Source: Phoronis australis (taxonomy: Eukaryota; Animalia; Phoronida). Taken from it: a stretch of DNA of 64,000 nucleotides. Within the stretch, counting starts at the first letter, position 1; each line of letters opens with the position of its first letter. The notes under the pieces were generated by a model. That model had not been told where the DNA came from, did no database searches, and saw nothing but the letters and a program-made list of their open reading frames with translations. Shown one piece after another: positions 12,001-27,000 of the stretch. The stretch covers positions 190,624 to 254,623 of the forward strand of contig NMRA01000310.1 in NCBI GenBank assembly GCA_002633005.1, read 5' to 3'. Both the position numbers and the translations under genes were made by a program.

Positions 12001-15000
12001 AGTCGGAAATAACACGGAGTAAAATACACACAGCTATGTACAATTTGGTTGGAAAGATTAATGAATAAAACGAATTATTATAAAAATTAATTAATATGTT
12101 CAATTAGATGGATAAATAAGATAAAATAGAGTAAAATATTGATGAGCTGAGGCCTACAGTCCCGAACCACGCACAAAGTCCCAGTAATTCTGTTTGAAGA
12201 CGTGGACATTGGGTGCGTTCGCGACGGCAGACCCCAGCCCGTTGAAAGCGACAGCACCTCTGTAGACAAAAGTTGTTTTTAGATTTATATAGCACCAGGC
12301 AGCCAGAAACACTCGCTTTAGTATTGTAATTGTGAGAATCTCTGACTGCTTTGAATTTGGTAGTGAAGTAGTGAGATAATTAGGTGTGAGGCTATGTGTG
12401 GCTTTGAACACCATAAAATTTAAATGAAAGGCACGCATGCTAACCAAACTGCACCAACAAAGTTTATCGAGGAGGTCGTTGAGATTTCATCTGTCGACCG
12501 AGTCGCTATTGCTGGGCGTGTTGAGCGTGTAAATACCTTGTTCTCCTGCCCCCACACAAAGGGGGCAGTGATGAGCGAACTTCTCTATTTCGTTAGATTT
12601 TTTTTAGAAGGGTAAAGTTTGGATACTTTGATGGGGGTCTGAGGTTTCCAAAGTATAATCAGTCACGGAACTCCAAAAATTTTGAGAATTTGAAGACGAT
12701 TATACGTCGCGGAACTCTTGGCTACTGATTTCTGGTGAAATCGGCACGAGATAGGCTTTGGTAATTTCTAAATCGTCCACAAAGGGGATTTCCGTTTTTG
12801 TTTGACGTTATGAATGATAACAAAATCTATGGTTGTCTAGTACTAATAAATGAAATTGGAACGATTGCATAGTGTCGCTATTCGGTCGCCACGCAGGTCC
12901 TTGTGACCTTATTTCGCCATAAAATGAAACATTTTATACCGCATTGCCGCGCCTTTTGGCCCATAGGTCTATATCTGAAATAATGTCTTTTCGCGACCTT
13001 TTTACCCATTCGCATAATGGCGCATGCGCCTAATTTTGTCAAATAGTCACAGTTCCACACAAACGCCCATGGGTCTAATGGCGCGGAAATATGGTAGTAA
13101 GTGGGGGAAACTCTCGGAACTTGAAGCTAGCTTTTGGCGAGTTGGGCAACTAAAATTTTAAGTCGCGTATGGCGAATGAAACTTAAGGCGGACTGAAGCC
13201 ATCTATTACACTGGTGAGAAACAACATGAGCGCCGGACCCAAAATATTCACGCCAGCAGGGGCGGATCCAGGATTTTGAGTTTGGGGGGGCAGGGCACAG
13301 GAATAAGCAGAATTTCGGCAGATGTGCGCGCCCAGCCTAAAATGAAGGGATGCAGGGTCACGAATGTTTGGGTTTACGGACCTTTCAACTAATAAAAAAA
13401 TGGTAAACGGGGTTTATTCAGGGCCTATGCTTTGTTTATTCATCCCCGAGCCCCCCTGGTTGCGCGCATGTTCTTGTCAACCGACACTTACCTTGCCCGT
13501 TGCAGTAGTTTAAGTAAAAAACAATCTAATAAAGTCATTAATGATTTTCATGCATAATTCTCCGCCTTTTGTAACAAAGAAAAGTCTGTCGTCGTTTTGA
13601 AAACTGCACGCTCGTGACACGCGCACGCGCTGTTTCCTAAAATTTTGGCGACATCTTTCGGGAGATGATGACAGCTTCGCAGCAGCAAAATTTGTTCCGA
13701 AATTCGGTTTGCTGGTATAAAATACTACTGAAAAACTTGTAACAAAATGAAACCAGTTCCGATAATTTGTTGTGACCTCGTGGAACAGAAGAGCAGTTGA
13801 CTGAAGGATCGGGGAAAACTTCATGGCGCCGAAAGTCGATGCAAAAGATCGCACCACAATTTTAGCAGTAGAATAACGGTAGAACGTCAATTTTTCAAAC
13901 ACCGGTAAATAACTTAGTTTACTCAAGGAAGAGTGCAGCGTTTAATGACACTAATTTTGTGTAAGATTTAATTGGGTCATTTTTTACCCACATCTGGGCA
14001 AAGCTGTATATTTAGCATACAGTTTTGCACCAAGGCTAGTTATGACGATACTTCACCCGGCAACCAGTTATCCTCGAAACCGTTTTTTGACTTTAATAAA
14101 ACGCCAAATCGGAAAAAGTGAGTTTTATTTTGTTCTAAAATTAATGCAGTAGACACAATTATAATCATTTAGCTAAAATGTGCAACGTGGTTGGTTTTTG
14201 GTTAGAATTATTGATTTTAAATGTTGAGCTTCTTTCAATTGTTTACATGTAATCACAGTTGAGTGGTGGGGCGGTCAAATTTCAGTCTCCGGCGGTCATG
14301 TTTTGTGGTGGGGCCGTCATGTTTTTAGGTGCACCGGTCCCATTTTTTGGTCCGGCTGTCCAACTGGAACCCCGTAGGTCCTGTTTTGTGGTAACAAGGT
14401 CATGTTTTTGTCGGGCGGTCATGTTGTTTCTCACCCGTGTATAATCTGAGGTCGCGCCCAAACTGCTTCGAATAGACCAAGTTATTTGTATTGTCTACTT
14501 TTGTTATTTTTGTCATTATCACATGTAAAAACGTTCATGATTCCGAGCGGTATTCTTTTGTCATAGCTCGCGAGTATATTACTATGCAATAAAAGGAATG
14601 GAGGTTTGTTAAAAAGGCGCACTGGAGCATGGTTTTCCATAAATAGATTTATCACTGGACGAAAACTTTTTTCATATTACACAAAACGTAAACAAGTTTG
14701 ATAGAAACTGATAAGCCTCTAATAAGTGATAAAATGCTGGTTCTGTGAGATTGGTTGAGATGTGAATTTGCTATTCAGGGACTGGAAGGGACGTGCCGCC
14801 AACTCAGGTCGTATCATCTTTGACCTTGCGGCGACTGGGGGTTTTAGACTTGTTATTGACACGAGCACGATTCTTCCTCACTTCGTATCGCCTCTCACGA
14901 TTGCTCGGGTTTTGCTTTGCCATGGATTTCGAAATGTGCAAAGGCGTCTCTTCGTCCTTATTTAAAACACATCTCCGGGTTTGCAGCTACGGTGGAAAGC

Positions 15001-18000
15001 AGATCATGCAATCAATGGACCAACAAAAGTACGGAAGTCATTTATTCACTCACATTTGTCGTCTGCCGTTTGTCTCGCCATGATGCTCCCACTTCGCTTT
15101 TACTGAAAAATATGTTTAATGTTATTGTAAGCACAGCATAGTTTCGAAATAGGAGTTATACAAATTATTTGAAGCGGCATTAATGTCGTGGTTTCAGTCA
15201 ACATTGCTTTGATTTAGGTCACTTGCCTTTATAATATTGACCTTGTATTGTTCCTTACTCAGTTTTGACATGATATTTGGGTTTGGGGAGTACTGACAGT
15301 TTCTTTATTCAGACCAAGTTCAAAATATTTCAGTTATGTTGATCTGAAGAAAAAACAACTGATAATGCTTTCCTATCCACACTAGCGTTCCAGGGGCGGA
15401 TACAGGGTTTTTAAAAGGGTGAGCGGATCAAGGATTTTTTAAAAAGCGGGTTCAAGTCAACAATTTGAAACTTCTAGATTTGTTGTCACTAAAACCAAGG
15501 AAAAAAGCGGGGTCCAGGACCCCCCCTGACCCCCTGGATTTGCCTATATGTTTTCAACAGGCATCCAGTAAAGAACATTTATGGCTACAGAAATTAGAGA
15601 TTTCTGAATTGGTCATTCGTTCTGCTGGTTCATGGAGCTCACGGGAGATAAGAAACAAATACTACTCCACGCGTGTATAAACTTACCTAATTGATTTCTT
15701 CTCTCAAACTATAACTATCCAAGTCATTGGCTTTTTTCTCGGTAATCTCTAGACTTCCGACCGTATTCGTTTTCACCTTAGGAATCCCATCTGACTGGAA
15801 GATAACGGTGAGTTGTATTATTAGGCCAATAAAAGCTTGATTGCTCTTAGGGTTTGGCGGTCTAATCTTTGTACTCGAAATTGAACTTAACATTATTTTT
15901 GACATTTTCTTCTCTATTTTTGTGCAAACTCGAGACATTTTCCCATTATCGTGTGCTAGAGTGCATTATGGTGCAGATGGACCGGCGATTGGCTATTCTG
16001 AGTTGGCACTTGATGACGCTTAAAATCAAAATACAAGCTGAAGTGAAAACTCGAAATTTCGAATTCAGACTCAAACTTTGGGGTCACCATGCGCAATCAA
16101 TTTACTGAAGCGCACGATGATAGAGATATATATTGAAGTCGTACAAAAATAGAAATAAAAATGTCAGAAATAATCTCGAGTTCGATTTGGAGTTGCAAAG
16201 ATGAGACTCCGATCTTTTTTTGAAAGTCGAGTCGGTTGTGCGTTATATTTAGTTGCTCACTTTTTCAATGTTAGTAGATAATCTATCGAGACTAAATGAT
16301 GCGGGATTTGTTTGTTTTTGTTGCATTCATCACTTGGCTAATTATGGCGTTCCAAACTTTTCTTACTCTTGTTTATATGCCTTTGGGCAGTCTTTAGAGA
16401 GAAAAACGAAACTTTGATGACTGAAATCGATACGCGTGAACGCTGTTTCGGTTGTTGAGCACAGGTCTGAAAATGAGTCTGGGCAAAGATAAGAAACAAC
16501 TTGATTGCTGTTTTAGGCCTTACGTCGGATATTCAGTACTGTATGTTTCAATCGACTCGTGGGCGCATCGCTTGAAAAACCTGATGTCAAGCGACGACGT
16601 TCTTGTAAAAACCGTTTTTGTGACTATTCAGGGGCGGATCCAGGATTTTGACTTGGGGGTGCCAGGGCAGAGTATTAGCCAGGATTTTACCCGTCAGACA
16701 TTCGCACCCCGGACCGCCAAATGGAATCTGAGAGAATTTTGCCCCCCCCCCTCTCCCCTAAATCCGCTACTGCTATTCGAAATAGCATAAGTTACAAGGC
16801 ATGGGGCAAACACGAGAGTAAGTACATTATAAAATACCGTATGGACACATTGAGGGGAATATGTCGGATAATCTGTGTGTATAACTATTTGTTGCCTCTT
16901 CGATGTAGACGTTTTCGTAGCCTAAAGGCCGTATACCCGAACGATAAGTTAGGGCAAATGTATATGTCTTCTTTCCAAGCATGGAAATTACACGCACTCG
17001 GACTAAGGAACAATTGGTTATCGTCGATTTCATTACGATAAGAAGTCTAAATTCTAACTTGCTTTTTAAGGTATTACCATTTATCAGGGCTTGAAATTTT
17101 CCTCTTTTAAGAGGGTTTCCTTTTTTGTTTTTATTTTACTTCCTTTATTTTTTATTTTGGTACACATCATGGCTATCGGCCCAAAGTACACCAAACAAAC
17201 AAACAAACAAACAAACAAACAAACAGACAAACAAGATCATTGGAGTGCTATGCGCACAAGTCAGCAATACACAAGCTGTTTCGTTTTTTAGATGCGTAGT
17301 ATACATATTTCACAACTGAGGTATCAGGACACAATTCCTCGAGCATTTGTTTCTGTTTCCTCTCATCTGATTTCCAGTTCCCTCTTTTTTCGTCTCTTTT
17401 TATCATTATTATGAATTTATTCAGGCAAAAACGTTTATTTCAGTAAAATTTTACAACAGAAATACATATTTCTATCACACAAGCCTACTTATTTGTGGAA
17501 CGATACATCACCTAGACAATTTTCCTCTTTTTGTTGTTGTTCATTCCAAGCCCTGGCTAATTTATGGACAAATTCTCCAGAGTTCTTATACTTTGGTCAG
17601 AGAGATTGTGTTATTTTTTGGAACCTGCGGTCGTCAAATTTCTGACTTTAGCCTTAAAAGTCACCTTTCTTGATATAGGACTAGGGTGCAGCGCCTATGA
17701 TCTCATTTCCTCTAATACGCAATTGCTGTAATCTATACAAGTTCTCCATTCATTGTGCATCTGGTCGGTCTGTTTACGCACGTGTTTGTTGTTAGACGAC
17801 CATTCAACTGAAACGCGTGACCCCTATTGTCAGCTGGTATTAGTTAAAAACATTGCAAACAGAATACTGAATATGACGTTAATGTTATGCAAGTTCTTTG
17901 ACCATTTTTGTTGTTAATAACTACAGTGCTAGGTAACAAGCGGTAGCTTACATCACTCAAATAAGATTTCGATGCACACGAGGAGTCTGAATATAGTGAG

Positions 18001-21000
18001 ATGCGTGGGCCCTTCAAGACCTGCCTCCTGTTCAGTAACGCTAGGACCTCGCTAAAAAGCAAGACTTCGCGAGATTACGTGAGATATTGCCGTGCATTTT
18101 AAATGAGAACACGTGACTTTGACTAGGTTTTAGCTAGGTCCTAGCGTAGGTCTTAGCGTATAAGCCTTAGCGTCTACTGAACGCACGCCTGGTCTCAACA
18201 GAAGTGAGCCTTATGCCATTTAATTCTGCCCGGAAGGGAGCCTTTCCGATTTAGTTCTCCATAAATAGGAAATTTAAGAGTCAATAACGCGATGTAATTA
18301 GAACAAAAATCTACAAAAGGGTGACTTTGTCACAGAGGCTCCCTACGATGACACCGTTTTCCGTGTCCACTCTCTGTAAGGGTGAACGTCCTACAATTTT
18401 CCAGCTGCACATCTCCGCCAAAAATAGGGTTTGGAGACACAGATAAGAGATATTTATATTCTTGAATTAAGGGTACGGCATGCGAGTATAGCAACAAACG
18501 AGGAAAATGAATATGTCCATAAATACACGGTCAAATGCGTGTTTCTCCCTTGTGTCGCGTGAACGCCGGCGTTCTTATTCATTCATTGTTATCATCAGTC
18601 ATTGAAAATATCGCTTGAATTTCATTTTACGTGTAATGTCCTTTTTAGGCATTCTTGGTCAGTTTGGCATGTCTTACTCTGAGAAGTATTTTGAGCTGTT
18701 TCAGTCGATTTTATAAAAAGAAATTAACAGAAATGACAATTATTCAAATCAAACGTGAGGCGCTGTAAGTAGTTGAATAATGCAAACACTGCGAATCTGA
18801 TCGGCTGAATCGCTGTTTCGAACGTAATTGCTCATGTCAAATGGCAAATTGTTATGTTATTCACTGGGTTGGATGGCAAATCTGCGGGAGTCTCAGCGGT
18901 TAAGCATATTTATTGAGAACGGAAATGCGAGCGAAGACGGCTTACTCGGCGGATCTTGATCATTTGTCGTTGACTTCTTACGACGGCTAAGAATGGTATT
19001 ATAAAGTATTGAAATGCACCTCACACTTCGAGTACAACAAGCTGCGCTAAACTTTACCGAGGACTACCAATAACTCTGATTATGAGCATAACACTAAAAA
19101 TATTAACGACGGGACAAAAAGTTATTAATAATAACAATAATAATAACAACAACAATAATAATAGTAGTAATAGTAAAAATAACAATAACAGTAATAATAA
19201 TTGTAGTGATAATCATAATAATAATAATAGTAATAACAATAGTAATAGTACAACAACAGAAATAATAATATTAATAATGACAATGATATTGATAATTATA
19301 GAAACAATAATATATCGAAAATTACATTGGAGACGGTGTTGACTTAAGTTCAAACGTCTGAGCTTCACTATTGATCCGATTAAGAGATTTTCTTTCTCAA
19401 ACACGTCAAGGTACTTCAAGGTATGCTAGTTTTATTAGCTTAACATGAATGTTCTATCTCTATTTTTATACTTGTCGCTGACTATGCACTAGGCATAACA
19501 TGAAATTATGCTGAATGACAGGCATTATTCGCATTTTTGTCGGGCTTGGCCAACGATATACATGTACGCACTCCAAAATGTCAGACCACACAATTCCCTA
19601 GGCAACACAACAGAAGATGCTGAGAACAAGCCTCCTGTTATCCATCTGGCGTTGCCTCGCGGATCAACCTAGTATACATGGCTCCCTGGCTTAGTAACCA
19701 GAAGTTCCACGTTTTCTGTATATAAAATGCCTATCCAGATGCTGATCGACGAGCCTTTATTGACTCAAACAGTAACGATTTGTCAGTTCTCATCCTGAAA
19801 TCGCTTCTAATTCGAGTGAGGAAGTTTGGACTTAAAGTCCTTGTCTCACGCGTTGTTAACCCTTATTACATGGTTAGAAGATGTTATAAGGATCCAAGAA
19901 GTACCTACCCCATAACTAATACACGATCCGTATTCGAAAACAGTTTAAATGAACGCGCCACTCACGATTCGCACCCGAGGAAACACCGCCATTTTGAACT
20001 TGCCGCGAACCCGGAAGTACAATTCATTCAGGAACCCAGGCCGAGAACGCCGTCAGTGCGACTGGAGCGAGTGCCTGTACTGTTACCAGCCAGCAAACGC
20101 GGGGATAAAAAAATCGACAGCACGCCTTAATTTTGATAAAATCAAACTACGGACAATTTTATGGAATTTGCTGAAGAAATGTGGCGAATAAATTTTGACA
20201 GAAATTATTTTGCCAGACTCGGGACCGCAGCCTATCGGACCCGGTGCGGATCGANNNNNNNNNNNNNNNNNNNNNNNNNNNNNNNNNNNNNNNNNNNNNN
20301 NNNNNNNNNNNNNNNNNNNNNNNNNNNNNNNNNNNNNNNNNNNNNNNNNNNNNNNNNNNNNNNNNNNNNNNNNNNNNNNNNNNNNNNNNNNNNNNNNNNN
20401 NNNNNNNNNNNNNNNNNNNNNNNNNNNNNNNNNNNNNNNNNNNNNNNNNNNNNNNNNNNNNNNNNNNNNNNNNNNNNNNNNNNNNNNNNNNNNNNNNNNN
20501 NNNNNNNNNNNNNNNNNNNNNNNNNNNNNNNNNNNNNNNNNNNNNNNNNNNNNNNNNNNNNNNNNNNNNNNNNNNNNNNNNNNNNNNNNNNNNNNNNNNN
20601 NNNNNNNNNNNNNNNNNNNNNNNNNNNNNNNNNNNNNNNNNNNNNNNNNNNNNNNNNNNNNNNNNNNNNNNNNNNNNNNNNNNNNNNNNNNNNNNNNNNN
20701 NNNNNNNNNNNNNNNNNNNNNNNNNNNNNNNNNNNNNNNNNNNNNNNNNNNNNNNNNNNNNNNNNNNNNNNNNNNNNNNNNNNNNNNNNNNNNNNNNNNN
20801 NNNNNNNNNNNNNNNNNNCCTACGTAAGGAACTAAACACCAATGCTATTTTAACATACTAAGTACGCGTAACATTCCAAAAAAATCAACGACCACTAACT
20901 ACAAACTATAAATACACTACATATGCAAACGAATCACGATATATTACTAATAAAACAAAATAATGAAGACTTTTCGAGCAAGCCATAGCACATTCAGTTA

Positions 21001-24000
21001 CAAGGAAAAAATGGCGGCGTTCAGGACAAGTTTCTGAACTGATGAGCCGGAAATGTGGGTACGGAAATAACCGATGACAACCGGTAATCATACGCTCAGA
21101 GAGAAGGGTCAAATCATACTGTTACAAAATCGCTTTTGGCAAGAAAGGCGAAAAGAATATAAAGAAAGGGTGTCGAAAATAAGAATTTGTGTAGTAAGTA
21201 TTTTCGGATACTGGAACCACATGGGCAGTTTGCAACAAGGACTTTAAGTTTTACTGTAACAGTCAATGGGTTTGTAGCAGTTTTGACAAGCGCGGAATTG
21301 ACGTCACTAATTTGACTTATCGTTGTGTTGGAACTCGGTTTTCTATTATTTTACCGCCTAGTACTCTAAATAGAACCCCGACTTCCTAGTTAAGTTTAGT
21401 TTGTAGACTGAGCCAAAACGTGCTAAATCAATTACATGTGCACTGTGTCTAATAGATCTTTGCTTGATTCTCGTTCATTTTTGGGAACTCTATAAATCGT
21501 GCGAAAGTTGGCTCCGACAAAGTAGGCCCTCGGCCGGGTTGTGCCTATATTGTTTCGGAATATATATTCAAACCCATGGACCTACATTTCAGAGGGACTT
21601 GCTTGCAAAAATTCCTGTTACTTCTCTCTCTTATGTAGTTGCACGGTTCGTGTATTTTTGACGATGAGGGCGCCATATGCGTTAGTCATTCGTCTGTTCC
21701 GGTTTATGACCCTTGCTGTTTATTTTACTTCTCTTTTGTAGGTCATGAAGAAAAGACGAGTGGGCCACGTGCCGCCTGTGTATCCTAATGGGTGGTTTTG
21801 TATCGCTGAATCTCGCGACCTCTCCAAGGGCGATGTTGTCAGTGTTACGTGCTTGGGTAAGATAAAGAAATTATTTTTTCATTGTTCGTGGATATATGCT
21901 TTATTCTCTGGACCATCATTTATTCTGAGAGCACTCGCGCTAATAATTGGTTATAGATAGATATTTTAACATATCATCCTATGTTTCAACCGACAAAAAT
22001 GGAGTAGGCCTACAATTTCCTTTTCGATATTATTAGCGGAGAATAGTACAGTAATTAACTATTTTATATCAAGCGGGAATGATCAGTAGCTTTGCATGAA
22101 AACAAATGACATGGAAACTTTGATTGTGATGTGAAAAAAAATATTTGACACTTTTTGCATGTACTACCACATATTTGTGAATAAAGAAATTCTGTCTAAT
22201 GTGTTCATACGTATAGGTTTGTCTTTGGCTGTATTTCGCGATCATCAAGGCGAGGTGCACGCCGTCGACGCCCATTGCCCGCATATGGGCGCTAACATGG
22301 CGGTGGGTGGCACCGTTAAGGGCGACTGCATCGAATGCCCATTTCACGGGTGGCGCTTTAGCGGCCAGGACGGGAAATGTCGACACATTCCATACACAGA
22401 GAAAGGTAAGGGCTCGACAAATTGATAGGTATGCAGTGATGTTTATGGATTTCTATTATTATGACCTTCCAAACACGCGCGACTTCAAAGACAGGCTTGC
22501 GTTTATCAACTATTACGCATCTGAGATAAATCGATACGAACGAGGTGTATGCTTTTGTATAACACATTGGCCCGTAGAAAGCGGGTACCCCAATCATTTG
22601 AAACGCAGATGAACGTGCAGAGTCTGTTTTCGAGCAATAACTGCCTGTTCCTTTCAAGCACAGAAATCGTCTCTAAATTGTCTAACGAGGAAATTGTGAA
22701 GACAGCAAGACATAGGCATGCACTTTCGACGAAAATCTTCACTCAGGAACGGAAGCAGCGAGTTCAATCCCACAATTCAACACTCCGACCTCACCGACCA
22801 ATCACTTTAGAGGCCGCCGTTTTGAGAGGATCGGCTAGTAAACTCCGCGGCTTACTCGTGAAACATTCGCTTTTCAGTTTCGTGATTTTGCAAAGTCTTG
22901 CAAGGTCTTGCTTTACTCGCAATGAACTTGGTTTACGAAGTGGTTTACTGTTAACGGTAATATCCACAAAGAAAACCGGATATATATGTAGATTATTACC
23001 TGTTCTCAGTCGTTATTCCCCGTATTCTAGAGCAAGAGTGGATTTTGGAGAATTATCGCCCGAGGGGCGACGGGGTGGTATAATTTGGTATAAGAAGTAT
23101 TTATTACGCAATATAACCATATTTACTCTTTTTTCTTTTTGTCCATGCAGTTCCTGAGATAGCCAGGGTTAAGTCATACTCAACTTTAGAAGTTAACCAC
23201 CACGTTTATTTATGGTACCACGCCGAAGATTGTGAGCCCACGTGGTATCCGGAGCGCTTGGACGAGCTCGAATCTGGAGAGTGGTCTTACGGTGGACGAA
23301 CAGAACATTACGTGAATGCTCATATAGAGGTACCGGTATTGCAGTTAAGGCTTTATTTCACCATTTTAGCAATATATTACGAGTTCTTAACCGAAGAACC
23401 AAAACCAACAGCTGATTTGCGATATTTTCGCGGTAAATGACCATTGGTGTGTCACGTGACGGACGTACCCTGCGCGCCATTTTTGAATTTCAGACGATTT
23501 TCAAAGCTTTTGTTCACCTGTTGAGGGATTGTATATTCTTCTCGGTAACAGAAAACAAGCATAAGAAGAATTTTTGCGGCATATTTTATAAGACTGGGTA
23601 AAAGGCTTAAATTCAATTTTCGTATTTCGCCAGCTAAACTGGGCGAAATGCCAGGGTTTATAAAAACAGCATTAAAGTCGTACTTTCTGTCAAAACAATT
23701 TTTGTTTCAAACCTTTTACCGTTTGCAGATTGGTTTTGTATTGTTCCTTGTTCACTTTAGAAGTAATCTCTAGGCTCGGAAGAACTGCAACCCATTATTT
23801 CTCCAGATCAAGGCCACAAAAATTCAAGTCAAGCCATGACCTGAAATTTCGTAAGCTTAGTCTCAAGCAAAAGACTCAGTTTTTTAGAAACCTTTTAATT
23901 TGACTAAGAAACAATTTAGGACCACTTTCATAATGGCAGTGGCCTAAATGAAAGCGTGTTTCTGACAGAAAGTACGGTTTTAATGCGGATTTGACTGATG

Positions 24001-27000
24001 AATTATAAATTCATTCAAAGCCATGATGTATTCGAATCAAAAAGTAATAAATATTAAAACCGAGTCTGAACACAGAGACCATTTCCTTTGAGTGAGAATC
24101 TGATTCAAGTGAAAAAAATCTGACAGTACGATTGGTCGGCACATCTAAGCTTAGGTTTGGAACTCACAGTAACTATTTTAAGAGCCAAAAGAAAAATAGG
24201 ATTGCAGACAAAAAATGAAGGTGCAGTTCTGATAAATACTGCATGTGCCTTGCTATCCCAGCGGAACTTTCACTCCTCATGTCAGAAGGTTACTCCCGCT
24301 AGTAAAAGACAACAGAGATCGTCACTGCATTTGCCATTGCTAAGAAAGTTTCACCTAGTCGTTCTTGTTTGCTTGACGCCAAAACGTACGTTAATTTTTT
24401 CTCATTCTTTGTTTTCCAGCTTGGCTGCATAGAGGCTGCGACTCTGAATGCTTTACTGTTCTTGCAGGAAATTCCAGAGAACGGTGCCGACTTGGCTCAC
24501 CTGAGACAGGTACACGAGCCATCCATCATAACAGGCATAGATCTTCGACACATGTTCAAGAAATGGGCGGAGTTCACACATCACAGGTGGTGTGACGTAC
24601 AGTGGAGACCAATGGAGCCACCTGACGGGCACGCGGCAGTAATGAATCTGACACATAGACTAGAATTATTCGGGTATCTTATTCCAGCACCATTCAACCT
24701 CACAGATTTAAATGTTCAAGCACATCAGGTATGGATACCGATAGCTATTGGATGAAGTAACGTACAAAACAGCTTCTTATTTAATTTGAACTTTTCTTAT
24801 CTTGTAAAATTTTGCTTTTCAAGGACAAAAATGGGGACACCCACATAAATATTTGTGTTCTACGTAACATATGATTACAGGTGGGTACACCGTCACGGCG
24901 GGTCCAGTTTATAGACAGACCCATCCCGAATTTGGTGTACCCAGTTACAAAGAGAGACTTCGCTAATCAACATTTACTGACAGGTGTACCCACCTATAAT
25001 CATATTTTACGTAGAAACACATATATTTATGTGGGTGTCTCCATTTTTGTCCTTGAAAAGCAAATTTTTACTAGATAAGAAAAGTTCAAATTAAATAAGA
25101 AGCTGTTACAAGTAATCAGACGAAATGACCCAGAATTCTGTGTTGAGACGGCTTAGCGGAAGCTGAATGCCTCGTGATTAGTCTTCCCTCATGTCCGCGA
25201 GTGAAGAGTAATGAAAGCGAAAGTTAAAAAAGTTGCTAAGCCATTCAGCTGTTAGAATTTGCTGCTCTTGTAGTTATGATCAGTCTAGTAACAGAATTAG
25301 CCCTGATAACAGTGAAATGGTATTCCGTCTGGTTACTGTTGTCTTGTACTGTAGCTGTAAAGGCACTGCTAGGCTTTCATCCTCGAGGTCGACGGGTGCA
25401 CCCCGTATTTCACGACAGTCTGGACCTAGTTTTAAAGTTTTAAAGCGGCTATAAGCACGCCTTCGGTTGTCAAAACCACTTAGAATTGATTTAGGTCAGT
25501 TATCGCTTTAAAATTAGTGTCAACTTGTTCCCTACTCAGACGAATAAGAATGACATCTAATCTTAGACCGGACCAAATTAAGAGTAGTTTTATGACTGCC
25601 AAGTGCCCTAAATCAAATTAATGTGTATTTTTGACAGTACGCGAGTCTATAGCACTTTAAATTGCAGCCAGTTCTTCTTGAGATCAAATGGTCTTAAAAA
25701 GTTTATGATTTCTAAATATACAAGACTAACAAAGGTCAGTGTACCTTCTGATCTAAACTGTTTTCGCCGATTATGCCACATGAACAGTATAACTTTTAGC
25801 AGAGCCTAATATGCATACGTCGACAAATAATTGTACATATGCAACCATTGAGAGTGTACATGTTGTTATGAATAATCAGAAAAACATGTCCTGTGTCAAA
25901 TTAACCAATGTTGCATGGACAAGAACACAAACAGAAATGAAAGTTTTGTCTCTTCATAGTTACCCGCCGTCTTGCCCAGTTCTGCACAGCACTAATTTAC
26001 CTTTAATTTTTGATGAATGTTGATATTTTACATTCGGTTGCAGCCGCCTAAACTACGGCACTTCTGGCAAAGATCTGAGATTCACATTTGTCACCTCCAA
26101 TAAAAGGAATAAATACAATCTTAACACGGATTAATTTCGTTGCACGATATCAGTCTCGTATGACGACCTTCATTATATTTCGCGATTTGCAAATTTTCTA
26201 GCGTCTGGTGAAACGTTTTTCTTCTGGAGTTAAACTACCTCGAATTTTAGCGTCTTAATGCCTCTAGTGTTTTGCTATGAAGTGTGAAAAGAGTTAAGGT
26301 GCCATCAACTTAGGTTTTGAGCTATTTTAACTCAAACAGCGTCACATATGAATGCGTGACTTGAACTTCTCAAAAGCTCGACATTTTCCTATTCTCGTGT
26401 GTGACATTGTGAAATTTGATGCTGCGCGCCATTACTTAGCCCTGAACTAACAAAAGCAACTCTTTTCTAATTGTAATGAAAAATTCTATTCAATTTTTTA
26501 GAAATAGTCAATGTCGTAAAACAGCGACTGCTTCGCGACTTTTTTCCAAACAACGCTAGAACCCTCTTCACGTCTCGCCGGGCGATCTGTCAACTATTCA
26601 TTTGACGAATTTACAACCCGCTTATTGTTACTCAATTTTCTTTTATAATTCAGATTGGCCCTGGGATAGTCTACCTAAAGTTTGATCATCGGTTTGGTAG
26701 AGGTGCTTTTGTACAGCACGTGACCCCCGTTGGACCAATTAGACAGCTCGTGCGACATCACGTGTACTCCAGTTTTCCTACAATGATTTCCAAGTTGATA
26801 CTAGCCGCTGAAGCTATTCAGGTAAGGCCCTCCAGCCGTTCAGTAACGTTGAGAATCTCGCTAAAAGGCAAGACTTCGCGAGATTACGTGACATATTGCC
26901 GTGTATTTTAAATGAGAACACGTAGTTCCGGTCAAAATTTAGCGAGGTCCTAGCGTAGGTCCTACGTTACTGAACTCTATCCCGATTTCATTCCCATTGT

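Noticed and set aside
14268-14438. CRISPR-like array
   Set aside because: Contiguous degenerate units with no unique spacers, no cas genes, eukaryotic context.
14803-14986. Minus-strand frame with ankyrin-like [10 protein letters not shown] after a good acceptor
   Set aside because: Single motif without the following ankyrin helices, no good donor, and it does not fit the phase chain.
19082-19342. Poly-Asn ORF
   Set aside because: Translation of an (AAT)n microsatellite.
19326-19425. SAM-like [10 protein letters not shown]... minus-strand exon
   Set aside because: The acceptor lacks a polypyrimidine tract and the resemblance is too short.
20159-20861. Four ORFs longer than 200 aa
   Set aside because: Artefacts of translating the N gap.
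22549-23157. 202-aa ORF inside nvd
   Set aside because: Lies in intron 3 and has no family signal; the nvd protein is complete without it.
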